NCBI GenBank assembly: GCA_043824255.1
Contig: JBDRTG010000030.1
Span: 1 to 13,900 of the forward strand
DNA: 13,900 nucleotides
Source: a bacterium
GTDB lineage: Bacteria; JAHJDO01
Direction: 5' to 3'
The notes beneath the pieces were generated by a model. That model was not told where the DNA came from. It saw only the letters and a program-made list of their open reading frames with translations, and searched no databases. Positions 5,843 to 13,900 of the stretch are shown in pieces. Both the position numbers and the translations under genes were made by a program. Within the stretch, counting starts at the first letter, position 1. Each line of letters opens with the position of its first letter.

Positions 5843-7540
5843 CTATGAACCTCTTTTGGGTTCGATTCTCTTTTTAGTTGACTTAGATTTATACTTTGGT
5901 AAGACAAAGACAAATTTAGCGCCCTTGCCTTCCTGACTCTCAGCCCAAATCTTACCTTCATGCTTTTCTATAATTTGCTTGCATATGTATAAACCCAAAC
6001 CTGTTCCTGTTAGCTTTCTATTAACGGAGTTATCTAATCTCTTGAACCTTTCAAAGATATTGGTCAACTCATCCTTGGGTATTCCTATACCTGTATCAGC
6101 TATACTGACTTCGGCAACTTTCCCTTTATTTTTAACGGTTATTCTAATCTTTCTCTTACTAGGAGTAAATTTAATTGCATTGCCTACTAGATTTATGAAC
6201 ACCTCATTTAATCTATCTTTATCTCCATTAACAATCAAATCCTGAGAAGGAAGATTCATATTAACTACAATATTTTTTTCTTGTATCAATGGCTCTAGCT
6301 CACTAATTGCGTTCTGAACTATATTCGAGATATCACAAGACACAAATTTCCATTTTAACTTGTCCTGTTCTATCTTGTCTAAATCTAAAAGTTGATTTAT
6401 CAGGCGAGTTAAACGGTCAGTCTCATTATTAATTATAGTCAGAAACTCACTTTGTTCGGTCGGATTCACATCTTTGTACTTTAAGAGAATCTCTACAAAG
6501 GATTTAATCGAAGCCAAGGGTGTCCTTAAGGCGTGGGATACATGAGAAAGAAATTCCAATTTCTTCTCCTCCGCCTTCTTGCGCTCAGTGATATCACGGA
6601 AAATAGCGCGTGTAGCAACAGGCTTGCCATCTACGAAGTGACAGTTTGCGCTTCCCTCAAGCATAATTGTCTTGCCATTCTTGCTCAGGAACGCAGCTTC
6701 AATGTATTTAACCTTTTCTCCAGCTAACAAACGCTTGAATATCTCCATACAGTGCGCATGACTGTCGGGATGAATGATATTCAACAACGAGAGATCTGGG
6801 ATTTCTTTCTCACTATACCCAAGGGTTTCTCGCCAGGCACGGTTAACATATACAAACGTACCATCTGGTTTAACGCTCTGAATAAGGTCATTTACGTTCT
6901 CCCACAAGTCTCGATACTTCTCTTCGTTTTCCCTTAGCTCCTCCTCCGCCTTCCTGAGCTCGGCGCTTTCAATAATCTCCCATTTACCTGCACGCTGTAT
7001 GAGAGCGAATTGGTGGTTTTTGACTACATCCAGGACTTCAAATAGATTGCACTTTTCAAGGGAATAGGTGCAGATTGCGAGCATTTTATATTTACCTATA
7101 ACATTGTTTACCACTTCTTCATAATCAGCAAAACTCTTCCAGTCCTTTTTCTCAAGCCAGAAAGTATTGCCTGTGAGGCGGAGACCGTCAAACCCTTTCT
7201 TTATGGCTTCCTTCTCCTTTTTGACCCAGCCCTGTAATACCCTATCCTGTTCGAATTTTCCTGCTTTGGTATACCACTGGCTGTAATCAAGTATTTCTAT
7301 CTGACCTTTTTTGATATACTTATCCAGGTCTTTTACAGCCTTTCTTAACGATTCCTTTGCTTCTTCAACATTTAGAGGCTCTGAAGTAACCCACATGCAA
7401 AATTCATTATTTTCTAATCCCGCTTTAAAATACGGCACCAGAATATCAATTAAATCATTTTTGGTCTGGTAAAATTGGCAGAAGTGTGTACCCCAGGGCT
7501 TATTGCCTAAAATATCAATTCCTGTTTTTCTTGCTTCCAT
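5843..7540 (-). CDS. MEDS-PAS-HisKA-HATPase sensor histidine kinase
   Basis: MEDS-type N-terminus PWGTHFCQFY...YFKAGLENNEFCMWV...GLRLTGN; PAS (IIHPD...RDITERK); H-box SHALRTPL; NLVGNAIKF, DTGIGI, FERF, GTGLGL, GKGAKF. Confidence 0.92.
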   Translation of the reverse strand: MEARKTGIDILGNKPWGTHFCQFYQTKNDLIDILVPYFKAGLENNEFCMWVTSEPLNVEEAKESLRKAVKDLDKYIKKGQIEILDYSQWYTKAGKFEQDRVLQGWVKKEKEAIKKGFDGLRLTGNTFWLEKKDWKSFADYEEVVNNVIGKYKMLAICTYSLEKCNLFEVLDVVKNHQFALIQRAGKWEIIESAELRKAEEELRENEEKYRDLWENVNDLIQSVKPDGTFVYVNRAWRETLGYSEKEIPDLSLLNIIHPDSHAHCMEIFKRLLAGEKVKYIEAAFLSKNGKTIMLEGSANCHFVDGKPVATRAIFRDITERKKAEEKKLEFLSHVSHALRTPLASIKSFVEILLKYKDVNPTEQSEFLTIINNETDRLTRLINQLLDLDKIEQDKLKWKFVSCDISNIVQNAISELEPLIQEKNIVVNMNLPSQDLIVNGDKDRLNEVFINLVGNAIKFTPSKRKIRITVKNKGKVAEVSIADTGIGIPKDELTNIFERFKRLDNSVNRKLTGTGLGLYICKQIIEKHEGKIWAESQEGKGAKFVFVLPKYKSKSTKKRIEPKRGS

Positions 7541-7660
7541 TTTTAATTCCCTTTCAAATCCTTTCTTTGGTAGGCAAAGCCATCAAGTAAACCTCGTTAG
7601 AAATTTAATTATAACTTATCACTACAAAACAATCTATTATTTTTATTTAATAGAAAATTT

Positions 7661-7694
7661 TTGACATTGACAACAATATTTTCCATGATATAAT
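7661..7694 (+). promoter_or_regulatory. Consensus sigma70 promoter for the ATPase gene
   Basis: Tandem TTGACA (7661-7666, 7667-7672), 16-nt spacer, TGnTATAAT (TATAAT 7689-7694); GGAGG at 7702-7706. Confidence 0.75.
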
Positions 7695-7713
7695 TGTCTA
7701 TGGAGGCACTAAT

Positions 7714-9045
7714 ATGATAAAAACTGAAGATGTCGTTAATCGCAAGTTAAACAAAAGAGATATTATGGAACAAATTATCCCATGGTTGTCTGAACGTGAA
7801 TCTATTATTATAGTTGGTTCCAGACAGGTGGGAAAAAGCTGCCTTATGTTTCTTCTGGCTCAATATTTGCTTAAGAGGGAAATAGCAAATGTTGAAAATA
7901 TAGCTTTTTTTGACTTAGAATCTTCTGCCGACCTGGAAATCTGTAATGCCGGTGTTACGGCTTTATTGGAACATTTACGCCTGGCCGGGAAAAAATTTCA
8001 TTCAAAACGTATTCTTTATCTGTTCATTGATGAAATTCAGTATTTGGACAATCCATCTCAACTGGTAAAACTTCTTGTTGACCACCACCCTGAAATAAAA
8101 ATAATCGCTTCAGGTTCATCATCTACCGGATTACGGAAAAAATTCAAGGACACTCTGCCCGGTAGGAAACAGGAATTTCATCTACAGTCTCTTGCATTCA
8201 AAGAATTTCTCAATTTTAGGCAGGAGCATCAGTTATCGGAACTCACCGAAAAATTTTGTTTGCGAAATATCTTTGGAAAAAGGATGCCAGAGCCTCCTGC
8301 GATACAACCTTTTCTACAGAGACTGATACCACTTTTTGAAGAATATACTGTTTACGGTGGCCACCCAGCCGTGGTTATGGCCGATTCAGCAGATATTAAG
8401 CAGAAACGCCTTCAGAGTATTATCAATGATTATCTGCGCAAGGATATTCACACCTTATTTGATATAGATCATCTGGGCTCTTTTACTCAGTTGATTAAGA
8501 TTCTGGCCGGTCAAATAGGCAGCCTGGCGGTCTATTCTGAACTTACTACTCCCCTTGGAATCACATATCGCACCCTGCAGAGGTATCTGGATATCCTTTC
8601 GGTTACATTCGTAGTTGACTTGATACCGCCGTATTTTTCTAATGTGAAGAAAAGAGTTATTAAATCACCCAAAACATATTTTTATGATACAGGCATACGC
8701 AATGCACTTATTAATCAGTTCCTTCCGTTATCGGAGCGGATAGATAAAGGTCATCTGGTTGAAAACGTAATATTCCAACTACTGGCAGGACTTCAAGATA
8801 TAGCCAACCCCGTATCCTTTTGGAGGACTTACAGTGGCACCGAAATAGACTTTTTAATCAGGGATATGGCTATTGAAGTTAAATATCAACCGCTTAAATC
8901 GGCAAAGGTTCCCAGAGCAATGAAAAGTGGTATGAGTCAGATAAATGCTAAAAATACATTGGTTGTTACAAAAGATTTCCTTGACAGCCGACAGTTAAAC
9001 GATGCTCAAGCCTTGTTTATTCCAGCCTGTTTATTATCCCGGTAA
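7714..9045 (+). CDS. AAA+ ATPase (AAA_14 + DUF4143 type) with a C-terminal PD-(D/E)xK-like motif
   Basis: Walker A GSRQVGKS, Walker B FIDEIQ, SGSS, YGGHP, KTYFYDTG, GHLVEN, FWRT..G.EIDF...AIEVK. Confidence 0.88.
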   Translation: MIKTEDVVNRKLNKRDIMEQIIPWLSERESIIIVGSRQVGKSCLMFLLAQYLLKREIANVENIAFFDLESSADLEICNAGVTALLEHLRLAGKKFHSKRILYLFIDEIQYLDNPSQLVKLLVDHHPEIKIIASGSSSTGLRKKFKDTLPGRKQEFHLQSLAFKEFLNFRQEHQLSELTEKFCLRNIFGKRMPEPPAIQPFLQRLIPLFEEYTVYGGHPAVVMADSADIKQKRLQSIINDYLRKDIHTLFDIDHLGSFTQLIKILAGQIGSLAVYSELTTPLGITYRTLQRYLDILSVTFVVDLIPPYFSNVKKRVIKSPKTYFYDTGIRNALINQFLPLSERIDKGHLVENVIFQLLAGLQDIANPVSFWRTYSGTEIDFLIRDMAIEVKYQPLKSAKVPRAMKSGMSQINAKNTLVVTKDFLDSRQLNDAQALFIPACLLSR

Positions 9046-9076
9046 AAACTGGGAAATCCGTGATCATCTGATATTA

Positions 9077-9104
9077 TTGACACACAAAGGAATGTTTGTA
9101 TACT
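9077..9104 (+). promoter_or_regulatory. Probable sigma70 promoter for the HD gene
   Basis: TTGACA (9077-9082), 16 nt, TATACT (9099-9104). Confidence 0.65.
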
Positions 9105-9144
9105 AATAGAAAAGTAACTATTGATAAAATGTGAGGCTCAGGTA

Positions 9145-10572
9145 ATGGAAACAAAAGAGTTAGGTGAAAACGATTCTTTTTATTCAGGCATAGATCTAAT
9201 AAGCGACCCTATACATAATTACATCAAATTCACTTCTCCAACTGAGGAAGATAAAACAGAGATTACAGAACGTGATATTATTGATAATCCGTGGGTACAG
9301 CGACTCAGACGCATACATCAACTTCAAAGCGCATTCTGGGTTTTTCCTTCAGCTGAGCACAGCAGATTTCAGCATTCACTTGGAACAATGCATGTAGCAG
9401 GCAGATTTGCCCTGCATCTATATCCGTCAATAAAAAAAGTCTGTCCGGATTGCCCGTCAAGTAATTACCTAGAAGAGCTGATGAGACTTGCAGGCCTGCT
9501 TCATGATATAGGACACGGACCATTTGGACATTTTTTTGATGACAATTATCTCAAACAATTTAATGTTTCCCATGAGACAATATCAAAGGCAATAATAAAA
9601 GCAAAGCTAGCTCCATTATTAAAGAGAATCAAAAGAAGTCCATCCGGAGATTTCGCCAAAGGTGAGGTTATTGACCCTTTATACATATCTTTTCTTATTG
9701 AAAAGCCTAAAAAAGACAGAACTCACTCATCTTTCCCAAAGTGGCTTAGGTTCTTACTACCTCTTTTTAGTGGAATATATACTGTAGATAATCTTGACTA
9801 TGTATTAAGAGATTCGTATATAACAGGCTTTTCCAGAGGCATTATCGACCTTGAACGCATTCTGCACTATACATTTATATCATCAAAAGGTTTAACGCTT
9901 CATGGAGCTGGGAAGACAGCGCTGCTCAATTTTGTTAATGCCAGATTGAGTCTTTATTCTGCTGTATATTATCACAGAACCACAAGGTCCATAGATCTGT
10001 GTTTAAAGGATATATTCCCTGAAACAATGAAAGTGGTCTTTGAAAATAAAAATCCTATAAATCATCTCAATGATTATTTATATCTTACAGAATGGTCATT
10101 GTTTGCGAGTGTAGACAAATGGAAATACAGCCCAAATCAGAGTATCTGCCGGCTTGGTGGGGAATGGGAGAAGATTCTTATGAGACAAAGGCAGTGGAAA
10201 ATGGTTTATGAGAAATTTGAAAGATTAAAGGATACAGAAAATTATGCAGATATCTTCTATTCAGATGTTGAAAGATTAGAAGCGAAAATAAAGGAAAACC
10301 TCTCTCCTGATAAGATAGATTTTCGCATAGATATTCCTGCCCTTGATCCAATGCCTGATAATCCCATGGCTATGGGGGACAAACAGATTTTCTTATATGA
10401 GCCTGCGTCTGGAAAGGTCCAGAAAGAAACGTTAAAGGAACTATTTGAATTTGTACCTTCCAGAGTCTACCTCTGCAGGATATACGCTCATGACTATAGA
10501 CATAAAAAGAAACTAGTTAGAGCATTTGAAGAAATATTCAGAACAAGGGAAGCTCTGTCTACCAATGTTTAG
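9145..10572 (+). CDS. HD-superfamily phosphohydrolase (SAMHD1/dNTP triphosphohydrolase-like)
   Basis: DPIH, QRLRRIHQL, AEHSRFQHSLG, LLHDIGHGPFGH, DNLDY, VYYHRT. ATG 9145 is preferred over TTG 9121. Confidence 0.88.
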   Translation: METKELGENDSFYSGIDLISDPIHNYIKFTSPTEEDKTEITERDIIDNPWVQRLRRIHQLQSAFWVFPSAEHSRFQHSLGTMHVAGRFALHLYPSIKKVCPDCPSSNYLEELMRLAGLLHDIGHGPFGHFFDDNYLKQFNVSHETISKAIIKAKLAPLLKRIKRSPSGDFAKGEVIDPLYISFLIEKPKKDRTHSSFPKWLRFLLPLFSGIYTVDNLDYVLRDSYITGFSRGIIDLERILHYTFISSKGLTLHGAGKTALLNFVNARLSLYSAVYYHRTTRSIDLCLKDIFPETMKVVFENKNPINHLNDYLYLTEWSLFASVDKWKYSPNQSICRLGGEWEKILMRQRQWKMVYEKFERLKDTENYADIFYSDVERLEAKIKENLSPDKIDFRIDIPALDPMPDNPMAMGDKQIFLYEPASGKVQKETLKELFEFVPSRVYLCRIYAHDYRHKKKLVRAFEEIFRTREALSTNV

Positions 10573-10660
10573 GTTCTTGGATGGTATTTTTAATTTTCTG
10601 CAGACAAAATACTTCGCTAAAAGCATACTTTAACTATAAAAAAAGAAAGGAGACTAAATC

Positions 10661-11428
10661 ATGAAAGTAGCGATTTCTTCATGGTCTTTTCACAGGACAA
10701 TAGACAAAGGAATGACACAAAAGGAATGGATCAAAAAATGCAGTGAATTGAATGTAGAGGGGCTGGAACTACTGGATGTCCACTTTCCTTCTGCATCAAA
10801 AAACTACCTGCGGGAAATAAAAAAGATGATCTGTGACCTGGGTTTGGATATTGCATGTGTATCTGTGTGCAATAACTTTGCCATGCCTTCCAAACTTAAA
10901 GTTAGAAAAGAGACGGATAAAGTCAAGAAGTGGCTGGATACCACATTGTTCTTAGGATCTTCAGTTATGAGAATATTTGCCGGCGGACGAGTGGAAGAGA
11001 AGGATAAAGCAATGGTATGGCCAATAATGATAAACTCTCTTAAGACAGCTGCTGGAGAAGCAAAGGAGCGAGGAATTACCCTGGCTATAGAAAATCATGG
11101 AAGAGGATTCACAGCGGATTCAAAAGCAACACTGAAAATACTCAAAGCTGTCAAATCATCTTACCTGCGTCTCACTCTGGACACAGGAAACTTCGTTGAC
11201 CTTTATCCATCAATTCAGGATTGTGCTCCTTATGCAGCATTCGTTCACGCAAAAACTTATGAATTTGACGAAAAGGGGCAGGAGAAAAAACTGGATTACT
11301 TGAGAATAATGAAAATCTTTAAAAAGATACGTTACAGAGGATACTTTTCTGTCGAATATGAAGGTGAAGATAAAAACGAAGAGCAAATGGTAAAAAAGAG
11401 CGTGGAATTTTTAAAAAGATTTTTATAA
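10661..11428 (+). CDS. Sugar phosphate isomerase/epimerase family (xylose-isomerase-like TIM barrel)
   Basis: ISSWSF, GLEL, MRIFAG, LAIENHG, LDTGNF, VHAK, SVEYEG metal-ligand pattern; AGGAG RBS. Confidence 0.87.
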   Translation: MKVAISSWSFHRTIDKGMTQKEWIKKCSELNVEGLELLDVHFPSASKNYLREIKKMICDLGLDIACVSVCNNFAMPSKLKVRKETDKVKKWLDTTLFLGSSVMRIFAGGRVEEKDKAMVWPIMINSLKTAAGEAKERGITLAIENHGRGFTADSKATLKILKAVKSSYLRLTLDTGNFVDLYPSIQDCAPYAAFVHAKTYEFDEKGQEKKLDYLRIMKIFKKIRYRGYFSVEYEGEDKNEEQMVKKSVEFLKRFL

Positions 11429-11461
11429 AAACAAAAAAATCAGACTAAAAACGACGTGTTT

Positions 11462-11602
11462 ATGGATATAGTTCCGACAATTCCAAAAACTGATGTAGAT
11501 AACTATACAAAAGAAATAAAACATAAACAAATACTGCAAATTCAGAAAACCATTGATGGCATTTATGAATCAGCAGAGAAAGGTTGTCAGGTAATGTTCT
11601 AA
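11462..11602 (+). pseudogene. Probable C-terminal remnant of a Gfo/Idh/MocA oxidoreductase
   Basis: Manual translation gives [60 protein letters not shown] resembles the family's terminal helix. Confidence 0.5.
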
Positions 11603-13668
11603 TCGCTCTCTATTATTTTACTGGCAATGTGTGGAGGAGCTTTGTCATATCTTTCAAACCGCATAGACTCTGTTGCTCGTCCCTGTGATAGTGATCTCAG
11701 CTGTGTAGCGTAACCGAAAAGCTCCATAAGCGGAACCTCAGCCTTTATTAACTGGCTCTTAGCCTTTTTTTCTATCAGGATTATCTTACCTCTTCTTGAT
11801 GTTATATCAGACGTGATTGAACCAAAATACTCTTCTGGAGTAGATATATCTACTGTCATAATCGGCTCAACAAGTCTCGGACCTGCCTTCATAAACGCAC
11901 TCTTGAATGCATAGTACCCAGCTACCTTAAAAGCTATTTCAGAAGAGTCAACTTCGTGAAATCTTCCGTCAAATAATCTTACTTTTACATCAATTACAGG
12001 ATATCCCGCAAAAATTCCTGCTTCCATTGCCTCAATACAGCCCTTTTCAACAGCAGGAACAAATTCTCTTGGAATAGCCCCCTGCTTGATATCATTAATA
12101 AATTCGAACCCTTCGCCTCTCTTTGCAGGAATTAGTTCTATGTGTACTTCTGCAAATTGCCCTCTTCCGCCAGTTTGCTTCTGATGTTTGTACTTTTCTT
12201 CCTGCATATTGGTTATTGTCTCCTTGAAAGCAACTTTAGGCTTGCCTACATTCGCAGACACATTAAACTCTCTCTTTAATCTATCTACCAGGATCTCAAG
12301 ATGCAGTTCACCCATACCAGAAAGAATAGTTTGGGATGTCTCTTCATTAAAAAAGAAATTAAATGTCGGGTCCTCATTAGATAATTTTCTTATTGAGCCC
12401 GAAAGTTTCTCTTGCTCAATCTTGTTCTTTGCTTCAATTGCCACTGAAATTACAGGTGTTGGAAATTCTATGTTCTCGAGAAAAAGATTAGAATTTTGTT
12501 TACATATTGTATCTCCAGTAGTAATGTTCATCGGCCCGATTATTGCTCCTATATCTCCTGCACTGAGACTATTCACAGCTTCTTTTTTATTAGCGTGCAT
12601 CTTTACAATACGGGATATTCTTTCTTTCTTTGATGACCCTGCCTTGAAAACATATTCACCTTGCTTTATTGAACCTGAATATATTCTACAATAAATAAGT
12701 TTTCCAATATGAGGATCAACAGCAATCTTAAAAGCGAGCCCCAATAAATCCTTTTTTTCTCCGAAACTGAACAGGCTCTTTTCTCCTGAATCACTATCTA
12801 TAATTTCTACAGGGGGGGCCTCTTCTGGACTTGGCAGGTAATCGACAACAGCTTCCATAAGCCTCCTGACTCCCTTGTTCTTGAAAGCTGCGCCGCACAG
12901 CACGGGGAATATCTTAGACTTTATAGCTGCCTTGTTAAGGGAATTCTTAATTTCCTCTATTGTAATGGGCTGATTTTCAATATATTTATGCATGAGACTG
13001 TCATCTGTGTCAGCAAGCTTTTCTATCAGCTCATTTCTATATTTCTTCGTCATCTTTACATAATCTTCTGGAATTTCCCGTTCTTTCGGCTCTTCCATAG
13101 TGTCTTCAGGATTAAAGAAAAATGCTTTTTCTTCAACAATATCTATAATGCCATGGAAATTATCTTCCTTTCCAATAGGTAACTGAATTGGCACATAGTT
13201 AACTCCAAGTTTCTTGTCTATCATCTCAAGCACAGCAAAAAAGTCTGCTCCAATTCTATCCATCTTATTAATAAAGACAATCTTGGGAATTTTATATTTT
13301 TCAGACTGCCTCCACACAGTTTCAGTTTGTGGCTCTACACCGCCAACTGCGCAAAATATTGCTACTGCACCATCTAAAACCCTTAGACTTCTTTCTACCT
13401 CTGCAGTGAAATCTACATGTCCCGGAGTGTCAATGATATTAATATGATGCTTACGCCAGATACATGTTGTGGCCGCAGACGTGATTGTTATTCCCCTCTC
13501 TCTTTCCTGTTCCATCCAGTCCATTGTAGCAGCCCCGTCATGAACTTCGCCTATGCGATGTATTCTGCCTGCAAAGAACAGCATTCTTTCTGTTGTTGTC
13601 GTTTTACCCGCATCAATATGAGCCATAATGCCGATATTTCTTATATTCCTTACATCTCCAACTTGCAT
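11599..13668 (-). CDS. fusA: Elongation factor G (stand-alone paralog)
   Basis: [46 protein letters not shown]; 689 aa; GAGGA RBS. Confidence 0.95.
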   Translation of the reverse strand: MQVGDVRNIRNIGIMAHIDAGKTTTTERMLFFAGRIHRIGEVHDGAATMDWMEQERERGITITSAATTCIWRKHHINIIDTPGHVDFTAEVERSLRVLDGAVAIFCAVGGVEPQTETVWRQSEKYKIPKIVFINKMDRIGADFFAVLEMIDKKLGVNYVPIQLPIGKEDNFHGIIDIVEEKAFFFNPEDTMEEPKEREIPEDYVKMTKKYRNELIEKLADTDDSLMHKYIENQPITIEEIKNSLNKAAIKSKIFPVLCGAAFKNKGVRRLMEAVVDYLPSPEEAPPVEIIDSDSGEKSLFSFGEKKDLLGLAFKIAVDPHIGKLIYCRIYSGSIKQGEYVFKAGSSKKERISRIVKMHANKKEAVNSLSAGDIGAIIGPMNITTGDTICKQNSNLFLENIEFPTPVISVAIEAKNKIEQEKLSGSIRKLSNEDPTFNFFFNEETSQTILSGMGELHLEILVDRLKREFNVSANVGKPKVAFKETITNMQEEKYKHQKQTGGRGQFAEVHIELIPAKRGEGFEFINDIKQGAIPREFVPAVEKGCIEAMEAGIFAGYPVIDVKVRLFDGRFHEVDSSEIAFKVAGYYAFKSAFMKAGPRLVEPIMTVDISTPEEYFGSITSDITSRRGKIILIEKKAKSQLIKAEVPLMELFGYATQLRSLSQGRATESMRFERYDKAPPHIASKIIESD

Positions 13669-13726
13669 TATTTATTCCTCAAACTATTAAGTAAGTTATC
13701 CTAAATCAGGATACATATTGAGGGGA

Positions 13727-13755
13727 AACATATCAATTACAACGCGCCATGTCAA
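13727..13755 (-). promoter_or_regulatory. Probable sigma70 promoter for fusA
   Basis: On the minus strand, TTGACA (13755-13750), 17 nt, TGnTATGTT (13732-13727). Confidence 0.5.
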
Positions 13756-13761
13756 GAATAA

Positions 13762-13900
13762 TGTCAAGCCAAAATAGAAATGTCCTATTCTTACCAAAGT
13801 AGAAATGTCCTATTTTGTTAAGATTAGTAGTAGTAAGTTTTTCTTTTTGATCAAACTTTTTCTTTTTGTTAATTCTGTGCATATTGTGGATAACTCCTTG
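13762..13900. mobile_element. Probable terminus of an IS (TGT-ended, ISNCY/IS481-like) extending beyond the window
   Basis: TGT at 13762 is followed by two direct copies of TAGAAATGTCCTATT (13775-13789, 13800-13814; 25-bp period), which is typical of repeated transposase-binding sites. No transposase is visible in the window. Confidence 0.55.

Noticed and set aside
7587..7606. GTAAACCTCGTTAGAAATTT resembling one end of the 63-bp element family
   Set aside because: No partner inverted repeat lies nearby. It may be a decayed half, but this cannot be supported.
1683..13704. Short antisense track ORFs (1683, 1950, 2236, 2603, 4631, 5979, 6533, 6752, 9305, 12188, 12988, 13214, 13417) and same-strand 2628..2825
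   Set aside because: They are shadow ORFs overlapping well-supported genes, with no motifs of their own.
13885..13893. Perfect DnaA box (TTATCCACA, minus strand)
   Set aside because: It is a single copy at the window edge inside a probable IS end, with no box cluster or origin context.

Overview
AT-rich bacterial window. (1) 1-1520 holds a REP/RAYT-type locus. An IS200-like HUH/Y1 transposase gene (316-804, minus) is interrupted by a 63-bp palindromic mini-element and sits in tandem with an 'empty' copy of its own flanking arms, followed by a dense nest of small hairpin insertions. (2) 1541-7540 is a minus-strand signalling operon: MEDS-PAS kinase, single REC protein, REC-HisKA without an ATPase domain, a PAS N-half, a gene joining a sigma54-like DNA-binding region to a GIY-YIG nuclease across an A8 frameshift, a PAS C-half/PAS/HisKA_3 kinase (A8 frameshift plus 2x33-bp in-frame insertion), and a NarL-type regulator. 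(3) 7714-11602 on the plus strand carries an AAA_14/DUF4143 ATPase, an HD phosphohydrolase, a sugar-phosphate isomerase-like TIM barrel and a probable oxidoreductase remnant. (4) An orphan EF-G paralog and a probable IS end close the window. The strongest novelty candidates are the sigma54-DBD/GIY-YIG gene that appears to split a PAS domain, and a 33-bp fixed-end/variable-core mini-element found both intergenically and inside the kinase. All family calls are by motif recognition only; no searches were run.
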